From contig OZ287756.1 of the NCBI GenBank assembly GCA_965649765.1, positions 21,452,001 through 21,516,000 of the forward strand: 64,000 nucleotides of DNA, in the 5' to 3' direction. How positions within the stretch are numbered: the stretch's first letter is position 1; each line of letters starts with the position of its first letter. The DNA comes from Bispira polyomma. Lineage: Eukaryota. Below are positions 1-9,697 of the stretch, piece by piece. The notes under the pieces were generated by a model, which was not told the origin of the DNA, searched no databases, and worked only from the letters and a program-made list of their open reading frames with translations. Made by a program: the position numbers and the translations under genes.

Positions 1-130
1 TGCTTTAATATTATTAAACTCTTTTAAGATGACAAAATACTTACTGCTTTGATCTTCTAAAGAAACTGGTATAAATACTGGGGTGTATGAGAGCATACAA
101 TGGGTCTTTTATTTATACTCAGGACTTAAC

Positions 131-1478
131 ATGGGAAAGACGAAAACAACTATTCACAGCATAGCTAAGGCGAAGAAACCAGCAACAAGACGAGCCAAAG
201 TACTGGCAGTAACGGAGGACACGGTTCAAAAGGTATCTAATTCTATTGACCACGCTTCGTTCACCAATACCCCTGCCATTGTTTCAACGAGTGTCCGCGT
301 TCTCCAACAGGAGATGAAAGCCAGTACTATGTCATTACCCACACTCGGTGAACCCACGACTTCACAATCGGGCTCTGAGGAGATGCTCTCCATACTAAGA
401 AGATTGAAGTCATCCAATATTTCATTATCTCAACGAATCGAACGAGTGGAAGCTCAGGCAGCCTCGAACGGGCCCTCATTGGTATCCCCACAAGTACACA
501 GTATTGAGGAACAACCACGTCTTCTTAAGTGCTGCTCACATTGCTCCATTACAATCTCAGTCTTCACTTTCTTCATTACACAGGCTGAATGGAGGTCAAA
601 CCTCGCAGTGGACAAGCCAACTCGGACTGGGGGGAACACAAGGCCTACCTACACAAGGTCTGATGCCACCAGTAACACACTCGGGGTTAAGCTCCTTTCT
701 CACTGCGCCGACACAACCACAGGGCATGAACTCACTTGAATACCAAAGGGATGGGATTGTTCCCAGTGTAGATACCTTAAGAGCAATGCCCAGTGTCCAG
801 TCAGCCGTCTCTCGCCAGCTAGCAGAGTATGAAGCACTGGCTCACAGACACCTTTTACAAGGTAAGGTGAATCCTAGAACTAAGTCGGGCCGGTTCAACA
901 GCACGGATGTCACAACTGTGGATGCTCAATTTCGGTGGCCCAATGAGGGATGGGTAGGGGGATCTGCGCAGAAACGCCCGACCTATGATGAATTGACCTT
1001 ACCGCAATGAGCGGCCGGACACATCTTGAACGCGCTTCAGCTTCAAGACAATGTTCTCATGCGCAGTATGATGCACCAACTAGTATTTGCATTGAGAGAT
1101 GCTGCCTTGCTCCCGTGGCCAGTCGTCAGGACAGGCTGGGCCCTCAATATGCAGGAAGTGGAGGAGGGTCGGCTGTCCTGGCAGGAGAATACACAGTGGG
1201 CGTTAAACAGATTAAATGCGTCACAACTCGCGATGGCAAACAACAGCCACCGTCATAACTTTAACACAAGCCAAGGGGTGAGCTCGAATGAGGGGAAGAT
1301 AATAATATGTAAACTATTTAACAATGGAAAGTGTTCTTATAAGTCAGATCATGGCAGTTACAAGCATAACTGCTGGCATTGCAGTAAGATATTAGGGAAG
1401 GAACAGAATCACCCAGAATTTAAATGCTACCGAGCAAATTCCAACAAACAAACTGAGAATGGTAATATTAATAAATAG
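131..1478 (+). pseudogene. Gag-like ORF1 of YR retrotransposon (one frameshift near 500-600, TGG>TGA at 1008-1010)
   Basis: ORFs 83-739, 504-1010 and 1026-1478 join into one protein homologous to 61935-60724(-). C-terminal CKLFNNGKC...HNCWHC...HPEFKC finger array. Confidence 0.8.
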
Positions 1479-1541
1479 GGGGTCATTCGGCCACCAAAAC
1501 CACAGCTAGTAAGTAGTAAGTTAGAAACATGTAAGGACAGA

Positions 1542-4268
1542 ATGAACAATCAGGTAGTTGTTAAGAAAGATGAATTAGCAGAGGCACAGCAGCAACTATG
1601 TGACGTTAAGTATAACACCTCACAAGTAAATGAACATGTAGAACATATAACTGATAAAATTATTGTAAAACCTATAATTCAAGAAAGCTGTATGCGTTAT
1701 AATGTGAATAGTATAGATGTAAAATCATGTAATGTCGTTAATGTTGAAGATGTTTCAGATAAAATTGTCAGACCAGCAGTCGAGAGTATGCATGTACAGC
1801 TTAATCCACCTGACAGGGGCGCTTACAAGGCAGTCAAGGGCTATAAGGTTCAGTATAACAGATCTGATAGCGCTAATGATCTGACATTGGTTAATGGCCA
1901 CACGAACAGCAGCAGAGAAAATGTTAAAGTAAAAGTTGATGTGACAAATTGGAAAATTATACAAAATTGGGGAAATACAGCACTTCCAATAGTGTATATT
2001 TCGAGCAACAAGGCACTCTTCTGTCAAGAATGGGATGCAAATGCTGGTGTTCATTGTTATAGGCCTATTGAATTTGTTCCTGAGGGTTTTCTCCAAATAA
2101 TACACTCATTTGAAGTTATAGTTGCATATAAGGCAGTGGAGAATGATACAAGTAAAGTGAATAGACCACTATCAGTGAAAGATAGGCTACAAGCCAAGAA
2201 TGCACAATTTTTTCATAAAAAAGATGTAATGTGTATGAGAAGATTTAATCTGGACTATACCAGTTACATGCTAGAGATAATTGATAGTCTGATAGAAAAG
2301 TGTAATGATAAAGTATGTGAACTGGACATTAAGGCTATTGACAAAATGACAGAAACGACTTTAATGAGCAGGAAGACGGCAGGGAACTGGACTGAGGAGA
2401 CCACAACAGGTAACACACGTTCGCCTTGTGAATTAGTCACAAATCCGTCTTCTTCTGAACAATTTAAGGAAATTATTATTACTGCAATTATTGAGCCTGG
2501 CAACAGGAATATCATTGACTGTAATGATCCTGGAAAAACCATAGGGTTCATAGCACTTTCACCCGCAAGATTTGCTTTCTGTGGGCCTGATAGACAGGCG
2601 ATACATATTCCATCAATTTCAGAAATTTTCAGAATAGCCAACATTATTAAGAGTACAGGTATGGCTAACTACAGACGGGCCAGAATACCAATCAGTTCTG
2701 GCCTGCATCTGGAAGCCTGGGAAAAATTACTTGAACACTACCCAGATCAACTGCTTTTGCAGTATATCAAATTCGGCTTCCCTCTGTCACTTGAAAACCC
2801 AGAGGGCATTGCTAACAATAAGGTACAAAACCATTTCTCAGCATTACAACATCCACAGGCTGTCATGCAGTACTTAGAAAAAGAAAAATCATTAGGGGCT
2901 ATGTTAGGGCCAGTAGAAGAAATTAAGGACTTACAGTATAATTGCTCAGCATTATTAACCACGCCTAAGGATATTACGAAGCGACGGGTAATACTAAACT
3001 TGTCCCATCCATATGGGGCCTCGTTAAACGACAATGTAACTAGGGACAAATTTGATGGAGTATCTTTCGCGCTAAGATTCCGCAGCATTGACAATATTAC
3101 GCAAGCGATCCGACAAACTGCGAACCCAGTATTATTCAAAATTGACGTTGTGGGCGCGTTTAGGAATTTAAGGGTGGATCCAGTCGATGCTGTAAAACTA
3201 GGAATATTTTGGAATAATAAATACTATCTTGATCCAGCTATTGCATTCGACTAGGTCCACGGCAGCGTGGCGTTTCAGCATTGCACGGACGCAATAACAT
3301 CTTATATAGGAAAGCAGGGCTTTAGAGTGTTTGGCTACATCGACGATTACATATGCGTTGCGTCAGGCAAACGCGCTCAAGCAGGGTTTGAAATATTGCA
3401 TGATTTAATGACTAGGCTCGGCTTACCCATGAATGCTGATAAACTTACCCCACCCACGACGAAACTAACATGCTTGGGCATAGATTTCGACGTTATAGAA
3501 GGTACAATCAGTATCCAACCTGAAAAACTAGCAGAAGTATATAATACTTGTGTAGAGATTTATGATAAAAGTTATATTTCCAAAACAAAATTTCAGTCCC
3601 TACTGGGACAACTTCTTTATATACACAAGTGTGTAGCTCCAGCTCGTATTTTTATTAATAGACTTTTAGCAGCTTTCAGAGGAAATGGGGCTAGTAAAAG
3701 GTTCAAGGTCACTACAGAAATGAAAGCTGACCTTCAGTGGTTTAAAAAATTCCTCCCAAAATTCAATGGCATTATATATATTCAACATACGATTATATCT
3801 TTCGCGAACGAACTACATGTCGATGCATGTCTCACAGGATTTGGGGGCGTTTGGAACGATGAAGTATATGCTACCCCCTTTTATGACATTTTCAATGGTG
3901 AGCTAACGATAGTACACTTGGAAATGCTCAATATTATTATCGCCTTGAGAATTTGGGCCGAAAAATGGAAACGTAAGAAGTTGAGCATTCACTGTGATAA
4001 TATGGCTGTGGTTCTGGTGGTCGATTCACAAAAAACTAAGGATACTTTTCTATCATTATGTTTAAGGAACATTTGGTTAATTACAGCAACTTATGACATA
4101 ACTCTTGAGATAAAACACATTCCTGGTAAAGATAATGTAATTGCTGATGCGTTATCCAGGATCTATTCAATAAAAAATCCTAATGAAGACATTTTACAAT
4201 CAATTAGAGACAATTATATATGGAAACCAGTACCTATCGAATTTTTTAACCTAAATTTATCAATTTAA
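1542..4268 (+). pseudogene. Pol (unknown N-terminal domain + reverse transcriptase + RNase H), premature TAG at 3252-3254
   Basis: FKIDV..AFRNL, AIAFD*VHGS (copy 2 has AIAFGWVHGS), YIDDY, CLGIDFD, HVDAC, IHCDN, ADALSR. The two ORFs are in the same frame. Confidence 0.92.
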
Positions 4269-4274
4269 TTTCAG

Positions 4275-5250
4275 GTGCCACTCCGTTCACTCAACAATTC
4301 ATGGACTCTGCCTGGACCCGTATGAATACAGCCTTAAGACCAAAAACAAATGCAGCATATGGGGGTCAATTTAAGACCTTTTTAGCTTTCCTTCAATTTT
4401 CAGGCATTTCGCACATTACTGTGCATGCCATTATAGCTTTCTTAGAATATCTGGTTCAAAACCAGTTGTCCCCAGGTGCAATTAAAAATTATATGGCTGC
4501 ACTAAGATTCACTGCAAACAAATATCACTGGGACTTATCCCCTTTCATACACAATTCTGTGGCACTTTTCTTGAGAAGTTTATCCCACAACTCCAACTTT
4601 AGGCCAAAACCTAAAGGAATTTTCACTATTCACCAACTATTGCAAATCTCAGTCACTTGTGAGATCTTAGATGATCCTGTCCTCTTTAGAGCAATTTTTC
4701 TTGTAGCCTTTTTTGGTTTCCTGCGGTTATCAAACTTGGCACTTCATGCCAGGTCAGCTTTTGACCCTTCCAGGCATTTCCTTAGGAGGGATGTGGTTTT
4801 TGGTCATCCAGGGGCTCACATCATCATTAAATGGGCAAAAAATTTGCAAAATAGAAGTGACACCCACATATTACAAATTCCACAATTAGAGAACAAGATT
4901 ATTTGCCCAGTTACTGCTTTAAAACACTGCTTCAATCTAGAACATTAAGGGGTGGAGACCCTCTCTTTGCCACCATTAGAAAACCACATGATACAATAGT
5001 GGACTCTCACGTCAGAGCAGCCTTGCAAAAAATTCTGCCACACATTGGATTACAATATAGTACACATGGCTTCCACACCTTTAGAAGGTCGGGAGCCACC
5101 TTTGCCTTCAATCACAACGTATCCCTTCAAAATATTATGTCACATGGCCTTTGGAGATCTTCAGCAGTATGGTCTTACTTACAAAAAACATCCCAGACTG
5201 CTTATGTCGTCCCCCTTATCTTTGCCTCTGCTATCCCTTCCGTTCTTTAG
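4275..5250 (+). pseudogene. Tyrosine recombinase/integrase (frameshift near 4920); probably a spliced exon starting at 4275
   Basis: Catalytic set R (FLRLSN), K (IKWAKN), HTFR, HGLW, Y (VWSY). Acceptor tttcag at 4269-4274. Confidence 0.9.
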
Positions 5251-5482
5251 TTTGGCTTGGGGCATTAAAATTTTACTTATCTTAAAGCAATTTTATGATA
5301 TGTTAATGTCAGTTGTAGAATATATATATATGTATGCTAACATGTAAAAAATAAACACTCAATCGAAATCTTTTATTACCTCTTCACCATCGCAATAAAT
5401 ATATCAGAGCTGGAGATCAAACTTGACCTTTCTCAACTCATGACCTTGTAGCTTAAAATCTTGTTTTCAACATTTGGGGACT

Positions 5483-5592
5483 GTGAATGTATACTCTCTA
5501 CAGATAAATCATTAAATGTACACATTCAACAAAATGGCCATTAAATGTACACAATCAACAGTTGGTGCCATGGAATGTATACATTCAACAGT
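5483..5592. repeat. Short degenerate tandem repeat (core aatgtacacattcaaca, about 4 units)
   Basis: Motif recurs at about 30-33 bp spacing. Confidence 0.6.
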
Positions 5593-6034
5593 TACGTACT
5601 TTCAGTAAAACATATATATAGTTAAACATTTAGTATTCAGAAGAATGCTTTGGTGTATTGCCACAATGCACCAAAGAGGGCATTATAGCCCCCACAAAAT
5701 TACTCGAAGCAGCAGGGGACTCCCCAAGCCTCTGTTAATGCCAATAAGTAAATATGATATAATATAAACCAAAGTTCATGTTACTGATTTATTAAATTAT
5801 AACCATACTAGCTCAATTAACTATTTATGATAATAGGCATACTTCATCTTACTAATTTCTATACGAGTTATAACAGCAATACTAGCATTGGCATAAATAA
5901 ATTGACTATATTTTACATGGAAACCACCCATACATGTAAAATCCATAACATACATAACAATGTGAGAAACTAAAATAAAAATTTACATGAATGTATATAA
6001 ATAGAACAACAAATTTAAACAATTTGTTCACTAA

Positions 6035-7697
6035 GCCTGGGCTTCCTTTCAGCACAATCCGACGTCGACCGATTTGTAGGTGTCCGATTCGATCAGACGT
6101 TGGCCGATGTAGCATTCCTTTTATCCCATATCTTCTATGTAAAATAAAATAAAATATTTTTTTGTTTATATTTATTGAAAAATCTGACAGTCTGCCGACA
6201 TCTGACCCGATCTATTGCAAATATAATGAAAGGAAGCACTTGCACCACATATTGGTGGCGGTGTCGGTTTCTTCATCAGATCCTTCTTCAGACCACATAA
6301 AATAGAGTCTCCTGTCTATCAGTCCTTTGAAAACATGGTGGTGTCAATTGGGCTTCATGGCCGCTCACTGTTGCTTGCCTGTGTCTATCGCCCCCCAGGA
6401 TCATGTACCTGTAATTTTTTAGAAGAATTCATGTCTTTTGTTGGTTTCCTGTCATCTATTAACAGTTTGTATCATGTCTGTGGTGACTTTAACATCCATG
6501 TTGATGCACCAGTTAGTGACGGTCATAAATTTATGACCTTTCTTGATTCGTGTGATCTAAAACAGTCAGTTAGACAACTTACCCATCTGCATGGTCACAT
6601 TCTGGATCTATCTCCTAGTAATCAGGATACTATTGTGGATATCAAAGTATGCAATTTTATATCTGATTTTGCATTAGTCAAATGCACAATTGCCTCTCCT
6701 CGGCAGATGGCATATTCCAAATATAGTGCATTATAGGAGGTACCACCGTATAAACATGTCTGACCTCCACACTGATCTCAAGAATACTTCCTTCGTTAAA
6801 TCACCAGCCAATTCTGTAGCCAAACTTTATGAACAATACGCACATGACTTGGGTGATGTACTAGACAAGCATGCACCACTTGTATCTAGAATGTCAAAAA
6901 AAATTCTGTGCATTGGCTTTCCGATTCATACCGACGGGCAAAGTCTCTCAGGCACCAATATGAAAGAACTAGGCGAAGGGCCAAGAATCCACTTAATAGA
7001 AGTCGATTTCGTTGCCAGATTGCTCGGTGCATGTACTTGTTAACGAGGATAAGTTGGAGTATTACAGCAAACTTATCTCAGACAACAGTCACGACACTAG
7101 AAAGCTATGGCAGCTATTCTTAAGAAATTGCATTGGCTCCCTGTTGAACAGCGTTAAGTGTTTAAAAGAGCTACACTTGTTTATAAGTTTCTTCACACTA
7201 GTTTTCCAAAGTATTTTGCCCCATATCTTACAGTATTTCTTATAATACCAGATGCAGTCAGAGTGGTAATAATTTACTTGTAGTTCCAAAGTTCCACCCA
7301 TCTACTCAAAAGTCAGTTAAACAGTTTAGTCACAGCTTTGCTTTTGATGCTCCCATTGCTTGGAATGCTCTTCCTGCTGTGATTTGTGCGCTCCCCTCAC
7401 TAAGAAGCCACCTTAAAACCCACTTGTACACCAAGGCATACCCACCTTAGTCCCAATCATCCCCCGGTGTGCTCTGTGGTCCTCGACCCTTTTCTGTCCC
7501 TGGATATTGAAATTGGATTACTGTCTTTTGTGCTGTTGTACCTTGGAGTCCCCTTCGTTAAGGGGAGATTAAGCACTATAAAAGTCTAATTACAATTACA
7601 ATTGGTAGTATTGTGTAAGGAGCCAAAAAAATCAGCTGATGTTGGCCGATGTCGGCCGACGTCGGCCGACAAAAACATGCTAAAAGGAATCCCAGGC
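6035..7697. mobile_element. PIF/Harbinger-like MITE interrupted by an L2-like LINE
   Basis: TIRs GCCTGGGCTTCCTTTCAGCA / TGCTAAAAGGAATCCCAGGC, TAA target duplication at 6032-6034 and 7698-7700, subterminal gtcggccgac repeats. Confidence 0.75.
6257..7600 (+). mobile_element. L2/CR1-type LINE remnant (AP endonuclease, RT deleted, 3' end)
   Basis: GGGVGF, CVYRPPG, CGDFNIH, HGHILDL motifs; ends HLYTKAYPP*; (AATTAC)n tail; attggt at both 6251-6256 and 7601-7606. Confidence 0.85.
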
Positions 7698-8632
7698 TAA
7701 AAGAATGACCTTGCTTGTGATACAAGGCCTAGAAATATAAACTTACGCAATGGCTATTTACTTTAACACAGGCCTGATAAAAGTTACCACTTAAAACAAA
7801 AAACTACTACATGGGCGTCATGATCGACAATGCTGGATATATATAAGAAGAAGGGTGTTATATACACCAGGGTTTGAACCCCTTTAAGCTGATAAAAGGA
7901 GGGGAGATTTGGAATTTTTAACTTTTGGCCAAAGCAGTCAACTGTGTCAACCCAGTCAATGCGTCAAAACTACTGCACATTATTGTCAATATAATATTAA
8001 AATGTTTTTTTTTATTCAATTTAAGCATTAATGTCAGGGCGAAAGAATAGCCTAACATGATTATTCACTGTTGATACAAGTTAGCAATTGAGTCACAAGC
8101 AATAAATCGTTGTTGTTTTTTCGCCCAGCATATTTTTCGTATATTTTATAAAATTACAAATCTAAGGAATGCATTAGGAGTATAAGGAGCCCCTTAACCT
8201 TAATATTAGCAACAATATCTCAAGAGGGAGGATAAACAAATTTTAAGCAAAACACAACATTCAAGAAAGCTATCAAAATGAGTTATCTGCAACTTGAAAG
8301 CATAGGTTTGTGGAAAACCTACTCCACCCAGTACAAACACAAAATATATTAGCACCGAAATCACTGGCACTCGATGATCTCATTTCAAGAACCCATAACA
8401 CGCTCAGGTGGCGGGGCCCAACACATGCACGAGGAGGTCAACAAAAGCACCCGAGGATACAGATAACTCAAGACAATGCAATCCAGGATCCACGGTGTAC
8501 TGTCACACCAACCAATGTGTCTGTCCTCAACTGTGTCTACAACTACATTGAATAAGAGCTAAGTACTGTATGGAATACTCCCCCTGTGGGTTTGGGGAAG
8601 AAGAATAGGCGTAACCAATCCTCCAGCGTGTC

Positions 8633-9697
8633 ATGGCCAAAATGTATGCTGCACAAAAGGGAAAGTCCAGTGATAGAATAATAACTTTATTCTTTGGGAT
8701 TTTTAGTACTTTCCATGCATCTGGATATGTCATTGGAGATGTGGTGTCAAACACAGTGCTCCGTAATGCTCCACCAGAGAACTACACAGCACCGAGCCAG
8801 GATGTTATTGAAGACAACTGTGGAATGAATGACTGTCCATGGAATGTGGTCAACATCACTACACTGGATGAACCTTCAACTAGTGTGGTCTGGAGTCTGG
8901 TGGCTGTCTATGACATTTTTACGGTGTTATCTATACTTGTCAGCATTTTCCTACTTGATCCACTCCCAAAATACCTGCAAAAGAAACAAAAACCTGTCAA
9001 AGAAGATATTGGAACATTACTGTTATCTGTGGTAAGGCTCTTGAAATCACACAAAATGCTGCTCCTAATGCTATTCAATACTCATTCTGCCCTCTACACA
9101 GCTTTTAAAAATGCAGATTTCAACCGTTCCTGGGTAACCTGTTCCTTAGGTATCTGGATAGTGGGCCTAGTGAGTATACCACATAGTGTAATAGGTGCAA
9201 TCTCAGCATTTGGTACAGGTTTCATTTCCAAAGTGATAGGGCGTGTAATACCAATGGTCATATCCACAATCTTTGGCATTGTTTCCTTTGCATGGCTGGC
9301 CATCTGGACAATTAACAGTGAGGATACCTGGACATTTTTCACAGTAATCTCTGCTATGGCTTTACATGATGGGATCCTGGAACCAATCCTACAATCTATG
9401 CATGGAATAATGTTTCCAGATAATATTGAGGGTGCTTATGGTTGTTACAACTTTTTTTGGTGTTTGGCTGCAGCTATTACATATGCTTATAACTATTTTG
9501 TATGTACTGACATCAAGCTCTATATCCTCTTCATTAGCCTTACTTTAGGATCATTCAGCTTTGCCATTCTTGAGTGGGAATTAAAGAGAAACAAAGATAA
9601 ACAAGTGAATGCTGATTTGGATGTTAAGGTTATACATGAGGATCAAATGGGTGCAAATAATGAGGGGTGCACAGAGGAGAGATATACTAAGTTTTAA
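8633..9697 (+). CDS. UNC93-like multi-pass membrane protein (MFS-fold), lacking about 140 N-terminal aa in this window
   Basis: CGMNDCP lumenal loop, ADFNRSWVTCSLG and YAYNYFVCT motifs; collinear with the paralogue at 13449-14940(-). In-frame stops lie just upstream of 8633. Confidence 0.8.
   Translation: MAKMYAAQKGKSSDRIITLFFGIFSTFHASGYVIGDVVSNTVLRNAPPENYTAPSQDVIEDNCGMNDCPWNVVNITTLDEPSTSVVWSLVAVYDIFTVLSILVSIFLLDPLPKYLQKKQKPVKEDIGTLLLSVVRLLKSHKMLLLMLFNTHSALYTAFKNADFNRSWVTCSLGIWIVGLVSIPHSVIGAISAFGTGFISKVIGRVIPMVISTIFGIVSFAWLAIWTINSEDTWTFFTVISAMALHDGILEPILQSMHGIMFPDNIEGAYGCYNFFWCLAAAITYAYNYFVCTDIKLYILFISLTLGSFSFAILEWELKRNKDKQVNADLDVKVIHEDQMGANNEGCTEERYTKF

Larger units (their letters stand above)
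131..5263 (+). mobile_element. YR (DIRS-order, Ngaro-like) retrotransposon, copy 1; near full coding region, inactivated
   Basis: Order gag (MGK start at 131, Cys/His fingers), RT (YIDDY), RNase H (VDAC...HCDN...ADALSR), YR. No MTase domain after RH. The 5' end probably lies before the window. Confidence 0.9.

Noticed and set aside
1008-3254. APOBEC-like editing suggested by Trp-codon nonsense changes (1008, 3252, 61066, 57097)
   Set aside because: There are only four events, and TGG is an ordinary transition route to stops. Testing needs a consensus-based G>A strand-bias count.
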